A stretch of DNA of 64,000 nt from the human T2T-CHM13v2.0 reference genome, Homo sapiens: assembly GCF_009914755.1 (NCBI RefSeq), contig NC_060925.1. One strand, 5' to 3'. The translations under genes were made by a program, and so were the position numbers. Shown piece by piece: positions 25,005 to 39,263 of this stretch (the stretch's first letter is position 1; every line of letters starts with the position of its first letter). The notes beneath the pieces are model-generated. The model saw nothing but the letters and a program-made list of their open reading frames with translations. It was not told the origin of the DNA and searched no databases.

Positions 25005-26148
25005 CCCAAAATGCTGGGATATTCCAGAGTGATAAAAGAATTTGCTGCTTGGTGGCTGCATCATAAGTCATTATGATTATCTCATTATTCTTTTCTTCCC
25101 TCTGTTTCAAGCTGTTCTGCAATGAATATTCATTAGTTATATAAAACATGAAGTTTTTTAAAGAAACATATTCCAAAATTCCTTGGAATTCTTTATCGGT
25201 AATCGTCTGCCTTTTTATTTTTTGAAAAACTGGTTGTTTTGACCCCATATCTGACTAGCCCCAAAGTCCCAGTGTTTTGATGGGAGTTCAAATTCCATGG
25301 GAGTTCGAGGAAGACAGCCCTAGAGAAAGCTCTCCAGCTCCCTGTGACAAGTCGTAGCTGAAGTCAGATGTGCAGAAAGGAATTGCAATACTTTTTTTTG
25401 TTTATCCTCGTATGTGACCTTCAGGCAGAGTAAATCAGTACAGCTCTGATACCACTCAATAAAATGCTAGGTCATTTTATGGACAGGATTAATCTGCAAC
25501 AGAGAAGGTGGAGATTCATGTTGGACATACGAACAAAGGGAGACAGAGTTTGCCCTAGAATGACACTGTGGGTAAGGGGACAGCTTCATCCTGCCTTAAT
25601 TACCTGCTGTGTGAACTGTTTTCACTCCTGTGCGAGTGATCTTTCCCAGCTGTAGTACGAGATCAAATCTAACGGAATAAAGATGAGAGTCTCTTATTTG
25701 CCACCTAAAATGCCTAGCGATAGTTTTTGCCATATCGATTGGACCAATTCTTCGTGATAAGCCCTACCGCTTCCTATAACTAGAAGTGGATCATGAAGGA
25801 AATGCGAGTGAACCACTGATTTTATTCATAATCTCAGGCTTTTCCTGTACTTTCTATGATAGCCCTCCAAAGAACTGCCCCAATACTTGCATTTCCTAGA
25901 AATACACTGTTTGTGAGAATTAAATCAGCACTCTCTTAGAAAACCCATCAGAAACGACTGCTTGTATTGGTGCAGTGGACAAGCAGTTATTGAAAAGGCC
26001 TATTTAGAATACTGCTTTTTCCTACTTGTAAAGTCTTGTCAAGTTCCCACTTAAGCACTGCATGTTACTTTTTACAAAAGGAAGAAATGAAGAAGTTGGT
26101 GAGTTGATATTTCCCTCACCCTGTCAAAGTCTGGGTCTTTGACTCTGA

Positions 26149-26455
<307 letters not shown>

Positions 26456-26502
26456 TCTGAAGTCTATTTTTAATCCAAAGGCCTTAGAAGGTCAACTTCT
26501 GA

Positions 26503-26934
<432 letters not shown>

Positions 26935-29179
26935 TACTGTAGTTGTTTTCCAATTTGCTTCACCAAAGTCTCCTTTTGTCCTTTCCACTGAGATGTTTGG
27001 GCCTTATGAAAAGATAAGAAAGCCACACTCTTCTGCACCTGGGCTGGTAGAGGGATTCAGTAAAGATGAAGGTAGCAGGTAGTGTCTGCTCGACTAAGGA
27101 GGAGGTGTTATAGCTATTGCAGATCTTTATCTTGAGACGGGTAAGATTCTGCATCTGCCTTAAGATTCATTGCACTCAAAGGAGGCCGCGTATGGAATGC
27201 AGCCACCATTATTGTAGTGTTGATCTGCGTGTGCCAAGCCACAAGCTTGGGGGACAGAAGCTGATCTGTGTGTTGCAGCTGCCAGCATATAATGACTCTT
27301 CTTCCACGCATCCTTTTGCATTCCCTAGGGCCGTGATGAAATGCCAGCTGTGAGGTAATCCTCACCAAAAAGGGATCCTTGCTGCTTCGGATTCCCCAGG
27401 AGATTCAAGGAATGCGGGGGGACTTGAGGGCATGCTTTGTCTTCCCATTGAAGCTCCGTTGCAGAAAGAGCCACAGACATAAGGGGGCTGAAGTCACAGC
27501 CTGTAGTTTCCCCAGGGCGGAGGGGACCACGCTGCTTGTCTTCTCAGGGATGAGGATAGCCAGGCCAGCAAGGGGAGTGTTACTTCCTGCTGTGAGATCA
27601 AAGAAAATGCTTCTCAAGATCATTGAGGGGAACAAGCCTGGAGGACTGAGAAGGGGGAGGATTTCCAAATGATGTGTTTAGGATTCTAGAATTTCAACCC
27701 ATGTCACTTATCCCAAATGTTATTTGCCTGAGATTTACTGGAAGTTGCATTTTCCAGTAGCCACCATTGAGGGCCGAGTGACAAATGTTAAATTCAGAGT
27801 AATTATAATTATTATCGGCATGTCCTTGGCCAAGGCCAAAGACACCTTGATCACTTGTTAGTGAGAGCTAACCCATGAGGTTGAACTATTTAGTTGTGAT
27901 TAAACACTGCTACCTGTTTATCAACCCTTTGAGGCCAAGAGCAGTAGTTGTCCTCATTTGACCATTCACATCCTGTGTTGTGCCCTGGTAACATTTCTGA
28001 AAATCGCCATCTGTAAGAATAAATTTCATTACCAAGTACCTATCCCTGTTTGTACAGGTTCTAACTGAGCTACGGCTTCCAAAGAAATCCTTGGAATCGC
28101 CATAAGTTTTGTCTCTAAAAGCACAGAACCACCTTCATATCTTGCCTATTCATAGTCAAATTAAACATATATGTGTGAATTAAAAGTGTCCTTCCTTTTA
28201 AAGTGTTTTTGAATTCGAACAGTTTATGAATTTGAACTGTTTTGTTTTATTGATAGAAGCCGTCCTGACTCAAAATCCCAATAGCATTTCAAGGTATCCC
28301 AGAGGATGTGCTGTGACTGGAGAGCAGACCCACACAATGAGGTTCATGCGTTTTGTGTTTCCTAGGTAGTCTGCCATTAGATTTATTTTAGCTCTTATGA
28401 TGTGGCAGCACAATTGGCGCCAGAAAGCGTGCTGACATGCTAACCGCAAGACCCATTGTCTCCCATGCAGGCCATCCAAGACCGCTGTGAAAATTAGCTT
28501 CCTTGCCAGACACTTTGATCTTGTCACTCCTGCACCGAAGGCTCCTTGCTGTGCCCTAAAGCCCTTCACATCAGCCTCAGCTGTTGCAGCCCAGCCCTTC
28601 CCTCACCACAGATTCTCCCCTGATCTGCTGTCAGCCTCCTCTGCTCCAGCCTAACAAAGCTATTCACAGACTCCTTTGACAGCATCTGACACTTTTGATA
28701 CTTTGCTTTTCCTAGTACAATTCACCAGAATAGAATGAGGTAAAGCATTCTTATAAAGCAAAGTCTCTCTCTCTTGCATGTGCTGGTTTCATTGGCTGCC
28801 TAACCTTTAGAAATTAGAAAAAGATACACCGGAATGGGACCTGCATATTGACTCATGCTTTGCATATTTTATGTGGCTATCAGGCCACCTAATGTTAAAA
28901 GTTTCTCTAGGGGAAATTTCTAGGAGGAGAAGGAGCTGTTTCAATATTACTTTAAGCAGCACAGTTTGAGGATGTTTTAAAGCCTTTAAAAAAAAATAGA
29001 CAATTTGTAGCAGCAGAAGATACCTGATTATGAGGACGCAACCAAACTAATGGATAGATTTTGCAAGTAAGCAACATGGAAAAAGGCAGAAGGCATAAGT
29101 CAGTTTTTAATTCATATCGATTTATGAGTTTATTCATTTGTTTAATAAAAAAGTCTATCAAGAGGCTGATATGTGCTAG

Positions 29180-29479
<300 letters not shown>

Positions 29480-29859
29480 TGATCATTTTTATATGGGATT
29501 TAGTGTGTGCTGAGTAAGGTACCTAACATCATTTGAGCAGTGGTGGCATTAGGTAAATGCCTTTAGGTAAGAAAGAGAAACCTATCCACTGAGTAGAACA
29601 ACTCAAGGTGTTACGTAAAATGAGAGATAAACAAAGGAGATTAGAGGGTTTTTGCATAATTAAATACAAAGTTGGATGGTTTAATTTTCAAAGATTTTAT
29701 TTAAAGTGATTTTGTATAAAGGTCTGTGTAAGGCTGACTTACACTAATTGTGTTTTTCTACAGTGGCAAAACAAAAATTTATTTTCAAACATATGCTTCT
29801 AATGAGCAAACTATCCATTTATCATGCAAAATTAAACAGTGATCTAGCCACCATGGGCT

Positions 29860-30020
29860 GGGTGCCTACCTGTGCCAGCCCTGTGCCAAGCACATTACTC
29901 AATTTCCAATCCAATGACCTGAAAGTACAAAGTATTTTAATCTACTGATGAGGCACAAAGCTCAGAGGGGTTAAATGTCCAAGGTCACATAGGTGGGAAA
30001 TAGCAAAGTTGGAGTCTGCC
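29860..30020 (-). mobile_element. MIR
   Basis: gtgcctacctgtgccag...gatgagg..aaagctcagaggggttaa..gtccaaggtcaca. Confidence 0.7.
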
Positions 30021-30065
30021 CTCCAATGCCTCTCCCTCCAAAATGTGCACCCTTTTCATCACTGC

Positions 30066-30625
<560 letters not shown>

Positions 30626-30743
30626 ATACTATTAATTTTTGCAAACATTCATCTTTCTCAGCTGCCTCAGCAAATATATATCTTCTACTCCCCTAGTCTT
30701 CTCCAAAATAGAGAGAAGACTTCAGGAAGTCCCAAGAAAGTGA

Positions 30744-31150
<407 letters not shown>

Positions 31151-31901
31151 TCATTACTCGCTTTAAGGAAAAATAAATAAATAAATAAATACATAAACTA
31201 ATGCAGAAACAGTCTCAGAAGGCCAATTTAGGAATTTTTGGCTATTTAAGTCTAAATTTAAACAAGGGATAATAATCATTTTAGGTGTCCCTGGACGAGA
31301 AGTCAAATTGTTAATTTTAAAGTGAGAACTTTAGTGTGGGTTCTCCCTCTCTTTGTTTCTCTCTCTCAGTATTTTAAATTCATGCGCATTACCTAGGTTT
31401 TGCTCGTGGGAGATGTTTGATTTTTAAGAAGGGCACTGTGGAGTGTGTTTGGTGCATTTCTCAGCAAATCCAGCCTCCTCTCCTTACAGTGTTGGCAGCT
31501 TTTACTCTTAGTCACACGTAAGAGAAATGGTCATGAGTCACATCAAAGCTGCCTGGGGCTGGAGATGAATGTAACATGCATTTCAGAGATGTCCAGAGCT
31601 CCCTCTGCCTCCCAGCCCTCACCACGGGAGGAAATGCACCTGTTTTCTTTCCTCTGTGGTAACTGTCATGCGTACCTGCCTGCACCTTTATCATTCAAGA
31701 TGCCAATGAGATTGCCTTTAATGCTGATTAAGTCTTCCCTGAGTTGAGACAAGTGATTAGTGACTATGCACTAGTGAGAAAGATGGTCCACACACAGAAG
31801 TCCTATAAATGATAGCTTGTGTTTCAGCCCAGCAAGTGGCTGCTGAGGGTGACTCACGGTCAGGTCAGTGATTTTTCCTGTTACTCTGCCGTTTGCTTTT
31901 C

Positions 31902-32253
<352 letters not shown>

Positions 32254-33775
32254 TGATCTTTTTTGATGCAGTTTAGCACTGTGTCATGTTATTGGATAGT
32301 AGAGAAAAAGTAAATTTTAAGACTGAAGCCAGTTGAGAGGGATTTATCAGTAAAATTGAAAGTAGCTGTGCTGATTTATCTATGCCTTCCTCTGTACTGT
32401 CAGGACATATCAAAATGTACCCATTCTCATGACTCACCGACCGGAGGAAATGTGTGACTTTAATCCGGGCATTTAAACTCTCATCCTTTTGTCTTGTGGA
32501 GTTTTTCTCTTGCATTTTTAATCAAGTTTTGTTATTTGTAAAATTAAAAGGCTTGTCCAAAACTTTTAAAGTCCCCTCCTGCCTTTTTCTCTGATTTCAT
32601 AAGCAATATATAAACCCCTATTTTCATGTGAATGACATTATGCTTGTTTTGGGAGTTACAGTAATTTAAACCAAGCATATAGTACAGTGGTTCTGAAAGC
32701 TTACATCTTGCAAAAAAGTAATTTGAAAATTTGAAAACAATAAGCTTATAGACTAAAGCATAAAGAAAATGCCAGCACATTTACCACAGGGTAGGTCTAA
32801 TTCAGCCTACTGGTAACCAACTCAAATGCAAAACAAAATGATAGCTGAACAATGAGCAGAGGTAAATTGACTTTGGGAGGAGGCTGAAGGCGTTCTCATA
32901 TTGGGACCTGTATTTGATCTTGGAGCACATGGTGCCTCGGTCTGAGGCTACATCTTAGGTCCAGGTTTTATGCATCTTTAAACTGCACTCTTAATTAACT
33001 CTTCTCCAGATGAATGATGCGCAGTGACAGCACTTCAGCAAAATCAATATGGTGCTTCTGTCTCAATAACAAATTAGATAGTATTTCTGGGTCAGTGTAG
33101 TTCATCAGATATCAATACATTTCAGTCTGGTTTGTCTTTTTTTTTTCTTTTGCTAAAACTTTCTCATTCTGGGGGGGAAAAAAGAACAGACTTCCATGCC
33201 AGCTTATTGCCCTCACACCCTCCTCCCAATTGTCACATATCCAGAGGATTCACCCACCCACCAGTTTGCTGCCATCTAGGTGGCCTAGTAGCTGGCAGAG
33301 CTTCTGAGCTGCAGAGAAGCATCCAGAATGCAGAGAAGGCGGTGCTTTGCGATTGATGGCTGCTGCTGCCCCTCCCATGAGGCTGATTCAGGCCAAGGGA
33401 ATGTGTTTGCCTTTCTTCAAAGACATGGTCTTTCCTAATACAGTCTTGCTTCACTACTCCACCGGTGTTGCTCCTTTTTTTGTTCCTTTTTTTAAATCTA
33501 CGTAATCCTGTTTTGCTGAGAAGCTTTATTAATAACTTCTGAGCATTCCCTCACTAATCCCCACAGAGCATCTATATGTAAGATCTATATTGCATGACAC
33601 TGTTTAAAGCAAGGCAAACTGAGGCACAGGCAGAAGAGGGAGGGAATCAATCCCAGACCTCCAGATAACAAGCTCAGAATGTTGCTCCCCAGGCCTGCTT
33701 GCCCTTCTCCTGGTCCAGGAAGTACCAAGCAAGGTGGATTTCTTCAGGAAGCCACTGGGCAGCATAATCTAGTAG

Positions 33776-34155
<380 letters not shown>

Positions 34156-34974
34156 TGCCTCAGTCTTTATCAATAAACTAGGGATGATATTAGCACATGT
34201 GAGGCACTGTGAGCTGATGTATGCCAAAAGCTTTGCATAATATATGGACACAGACAGTGCCTCCTAAGGGTTTACTATGCCTGTCTTCTCTCCACGGAGA
34301 CAGGAATATCCACCTCTTATACCATTGCCCTGTGGGGAAAGCAAGACCAGACCCTGAAGGCTCTGAGGCTGTCCTGGAGCTCTGGAGACTAAAAGAGTAA
34401 TTTTGAAGTTCACTGTGAAACCATGAAGATCTGTTTAAATCCAGGCTAGCTCTTCCTTCCATCTATGTAACCTTGACTCATTTGCAAAACTATCTTTCTC
34501 TTCTTACTTTTCCTTTCTCAACTGGTATTTCATGGTCAGTTTGATGTGAGTCATATTCCCTAATTGTGTCACCCCCAGAACTGCCCAAATCTTTAAGACA
34601 GAATCCAGTACCACTGAGATCACCATGGGCCAGAGCTCTGGGACCTCCTGCAATATCTCAAAGGCATGAGGAAGCTTCCCACGGGCTACTGGAGGCACTG
34701 TCTTTGGCTTCCTCTGCCTTTAGCCTCCACCCCCACCCACCTGTTCTCATCTAGTTTGTCCACCCAAAATGCACAAGGACACACATGCAAGACCCCCATC
34801 TCCTCCCTCGAAAACTCACAGTGCTCCCTCTACACACACACACACTCGCACAGATCTCTAAGCTCAGACTTTTAGAAAGAAATCTTCCTTGGCACACTCA
34901 GGGAACTGTGATTCCGTCCCATTAAGCAGCTACAATGTTACTGTCCACCACCCTCTCACCCTCTCAGCCCACCC

Positions 34975-35138
34975 CTTGTTCACATGTCAGGTGCCACTTA
35001 CTAGCCACGCGACTTTAGAGAAATGACTTTCCTTTCCTGAGCCTGTTTCTACATCTATGAAATGGCGATAATAAAGCCTGCCTTACCCACAGGCTTTGAG
35101 AATTAGACGAGCTAATAGTATGCCTGGTATTTGGCACA
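34975..35138 (+). mobile_element. MIR
   Basis: tgccacttactagc...ctgagcctgtttc..catctatgaaatgg.gataata. Confidence 0.72.
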
Positions 35139-35530
35139 TTTTCTTAATCTGTTTGGGTTGTCACAACAAAACACCACAGCCTGGGCGGCTTAAACGAAGG
35201 ACATTTCTATCTCACAGTTCTGGAAGCTGGAAATCCAACATCAAGGTGCAGGCAGAGTTGATATCTGGTGAGGGCTCTCTTCCTGGATTGTAGATGGCCG
35301 CCTTATCACTGGGTCTTCACATGAGTTTTCCTCTCTGTACCCACAAAAAGAGAACTCTGATTTACCTTCCTTCTTTTACAAAAACACCCATCCTACTGGA
35401 TTAGGACCCCAACCTTGGGACTTCATTTAACCTTAATTATCTCCCTAAAGGCCCTGTCTCCAAATTTGGCCACATGAGGGATTAGGTCTTCAAACTATGA
35501 ATTTTAAAAAACACAATTCAGTCCATAATA
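35139..35530 (-). mobile_element. MLT1A-type MaLR LTR
   Basis: ctcacagttctggaagctggaaatccaacatcaaggtg...ggtgagggctctcttcctgg...catttaaccttaattatctccctaaaggccc...caattcagtccata. Confidence 0.85.
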
Positions 35531-35780
35531 TACATCATAGGGGCACAGTGACATTTGCCCTCACCCTTTCTGAGCTTCCTCCACTCCCTGGAAGCTCCTT
35601 GGTGTCCAGTCTTTAAAGCATATGGATGCGTCTGCCTCATCTTGGAGTCCTGCTCTCAGTGCAGTCCATGGACTAAGAGCACCGTAGCCCTGCTTCTCAC
35701 ACAGGGCCAGCCTCTCATTTCTGGAGTTTGTACTCCGGAGAGCATGGCCTGTGCTATTGATGCCTGCTTCCCTGTGTCCA

Positions 35781-36210
35781 AATTTATGACAAGCTTAATT
35801 TCAAGATCTAATTGGCTTTTATTTGCAATTCTAGAATTAGGCAACACCTCATGCTATGAAATAGAATGGATGTTCTGCTGAGCTGAGCAGACGGAGTTGG
35901 CTTTATGGGCAGGAAAGGGCTGAAGAAGGCAGAAACAGAGAACACAAAGCAGATTGGACATTTCAGAGTTACCCTCCTAACAGGGTTAAAGCTAAGTGGA
36001 CTTCCTTATGATGCATGCTCAGGTAAACTGGGCCCCTTCCGATTGGTTGCTGTGAAGCTCCTGTTGTTTGGAAGAGTGACCCATTTCCAAGTTCAGTTTG
36101 ATTATGTGATACTGAACACAAGTGGCTCCACTCTGCTTTGGCCTGGTCTGCTGGGGCCTAGTGCAGGAGCTCAGTCTAAAACAATGGCTTCCCATAAACT
36201 TTGTTTAACA
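35781..36210 (-). mobile_element. ERV1 LTR, MER31/MER67-like
   Basis: Reverse complement starts tgttaaacaaagtttatgggaagccattgttttagactgagctcctgcactaggcccc. Confidence 0.75.
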
Positions 36211-37194
36211 TGAGCCAGTTATCCTCTCAACTTTCTGCCACTCAGCCAGGCGACTACCTGACTGGAGTCCCTGGCCAAGCAGATAGATTTGCGCTCCTTA
36301 AAAGCTCTACCTTGTTGCACCCCTAACCTGCTCTCCTTCCAGTCGATGTCACCCCAAATAAACGAGGCTAGTAGGCACAGACCCCACAGTCACAGATAGG
36401 TCTCTTAGGTCCCCCTGCAGGAGATCTCTGGACAGGCAGGTGGAAATTCATTCATGCACTTGAAGGGCTTAGATCAACACTTTACACATTCTGAGGTTTC
36501 CACTGTTTCTTCCGATCAGCTATCATTTTGGGTCCTGTTGCTCCTTCAGAGGAAGAAAAGTATGAGTCCACAGTTGCTTCTAGCTCAGCCTGTATCTGAC
36601 CTCAATTTCCTATTACTGCCTGTCTGCGTTAAGCAAAATAGTTCATTGAGCTACATACATATTTAAGCAATCGGGGAAATTTGATCAAAAAGTTCAATAA
36701 ATATATAAAAGCCTGTAGGAAAGATTAATGGAAAGATCAGGTAATAACATGAGATGGCTGTGAGAAGTATTTTCTGTGTTGAAATGTTCATTAAAGAAGC
36801 TCGTATGGTAAAAATATCAGTAAGGCACAATCACCATGAGCTTAGACATATGCAGACCTGCTAAATCAAAATGAGATCCTTTTGTGAATGTGTTATTTGT
36901 AGTGAGGCTTGAAGCACAGAGCAGACGAGAGGTGTCTAAGAGCTTTTCTTCCTGCCAGTCATCTTCTGGTTTTCACGGAAGAAGAGACAATGTGATTGCC
37001 ATGGAATTCCGTACTTCCCTCCCCACAGCATTGCCCCACTCATTCCCTGACCATGATTTCTAGACACAGCCTGTCCAACCGGATGCCTGGAGACTAGTGG
37101 CCGAACCTGTGCTCACTGGGCAGTGAGAAGGTGGGTGAGGTCACACCCTGTGTTTACCATGTCGGTGAGAGCTCCAGGGTAATTCACACAACCT

Positions 37195-37815
37195 GTTTCC
37201 GAACCCTCAAGCCCAAAACAACGATAGACCACTTCCCCTTTACCCTCAGAAGGTTCGCTGAAAAATCAGCTCACAATAAGGCACATTAATGGGAAAAAAG
37301 TCTTTATACATTTATTCCTACTGTGCACACAGGGAGAATCACAGAACAATTACCCAGTATCCCAGTGGTGCACAGACGCTTATACATACTACTTCTTAGG
37401 GAAAGGGAGGTAGGAAGTGTGGGTGATTCTAGGCGGTTAGTAAATGATTTTTAGGGGAATTTAATGGGCTTGAGGAACAGACAGTTGTCTGGGGCAAAGT
37501 CTGTTGGGGCCACAGAGCAGATGATGGTGTGTGACAAAAAGTCTATCCCGATATGTTGGCAGACTTTGGTCTTCCCTCCTGCGATATCTGTTCAGTTGAT
37601 GAAAACTTGGAAAAAGGACCAGAGGTTATTGTTTTCTTCTATGATAGGTCCGGATTTTAGGCAAATACGGGAAGTTCAGAGAACAATCTCATCCTATGCT
37701 TCGGGAGAGATGTTGATGGGGGGAGAAAGGTGATTAGAGAGACTTTGAGGCTTTTTTTTCAGTACAGCATGTACAAAGTGCCATATTTTGGGGTACTGGT
37801 TTGTGCGCCCCAGCA
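37195..37815 (-). mobile_element. ERV1 LTR, MER34/MER39/LTR48-49 group
   Basis: Reverse complement starts tgctggggcgcacaaaccagtaccccaaaatatggcac, typical of this group. Confidence 0.7.
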
Positions 37816-37949
37816 ACAGGAAGATGCCATGTTGGTCTTCAAGACAACAAAACAGGTGACCAAAAGTTGTGCCCTTGCTGTTCTGCATTCCAGAAAAAAC
37901 TATGCATTTCTTGAAATAATTTTATTAGTACTATCCAGAAAGGAACCAT

Positions 37950-38030
37950 TATATGAATGTATCAGATTACCACATATACCCCCCAAATTGCAAATCTATT
38001 ATGTATCAATGAAAAATAAATTTTAAAAAA
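37950..38030 (+). mobile_element. L1MA-type extreme 3' end
   Basis: tgtatcagattaccacatatacccc..aaat...tattatgtatcaat followed by an A-rich tail. Confidence 0.65.
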
Positions 38031-38889
38031 TGTTAGTATTTAAATTTATATATTGTTCACTAGGGGCTCACACAATATGGGCATTGAGTGAAATTTCTTT
38101 TTCTTCTCTCCTTGCTTATCTTTCTCTTACACTGACAAAAAGAGGGCAAACTAGGAAAGGTATAATCTTGCATGATTTATGTGGGTTTATTATCCTCTTG
38201 TGATGCGCCATCCACAACAAAAAGAACTACATGTTCTGACTTCATGGGTTCAGTGGCCATCCCAAAGCTAGAAGAAATTATTTGTGGTATGGTTGTTTTT
38301 TAAAATTCAAAAGGCCTGTTAACTCTATGGTGTTTCCAACATCCAGGATAAAGCTGACCAACACTTTCGATGAAGCTATTGAGTCTCTAATGAGACATAT
38401 ACACATTGATCTCTGTTTTATCTGACATAAAAATGGCATTTGTAATCTGTGCCTCAGTTAACATACTTCAGCATATGGGGTAGGTGTGAGCTGTGTCCTA
38501 CAAGGCAGGGCAAAACCACCTTGCTTTCTTTACTTTGACATCAATGCTGGTCTTTAAGTGACTCTCTAGTCACACATCCACTATCAGGATATTCCCAGAA
38601 ATTCTCTGATGTACATTCTGATTGCCCCTCTTTCCAGTGGGACATACACCACTCAGTGCTGGCTGGGAAATAGGAACCAAGTGGCAGGGGCCCCAGGGGC
38701 ACCAGTCTCCCAGCCACTAGGATGAGAAATGAACCCTCACCATGCACGTCAACACACAATCCCTTTTGGGATAGAAAGTGATCACATTTGAAACTACTTT
38801 ATTGAAGTTTAAATTTAGCTGGAACAGAATTTCTAAATTCCAGAATCAGAATACAGTTTTCTAAAACTGTACTTGGAACACTTGGAAAC

Positions 38890-39263
38890 TGATATGGTTT
38901 GGCTGTGTCCCCACCCAAATCTCATCTTGAATTGTAATCCGCATAATCCCCACACATCAAGGGCAGGACCAGGTGGAGGTAACTGGATCATGGGGTCAGT
39001 TTCCTCCATGCCATCCTCGTGATAGTGAGTGAGTCTCACAAGATCTGATGGTTTAATAACTGTCCAGCATTTCCCCTGCCTGCACTCACTACGTCCTGCC
39101 ACCCTGTGAGGAAGGTGCCTGCTTCTCCTTTGCCTTCCACCATGATTGTAAGTTTCCTGAGGCCTCCCCAGCCATGTGGAACTGAGTCAATTAAACCTCT
39201 TTCCTTTATGAATTACCCAGTCTCGGGTATTTCTTTATAGCAGTGTGAGAACAGACTAGTACA
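38890..39263 (+). mobile_element. THE1C/D-like solo LTR
   Basis: tgatatggtttggctgtgtccccacccaaatctcatcttgaattgta...gcagtgtgagaacagactagtaca; near-TSD gaaac/gaagc. Confidence 0.92.

Noticed and set aside
27330-27430. C-box-like GTGATGA, possible C/D snoRNA
   Set aside because: No suitably placed D box (CTGA) with a terminal stem.
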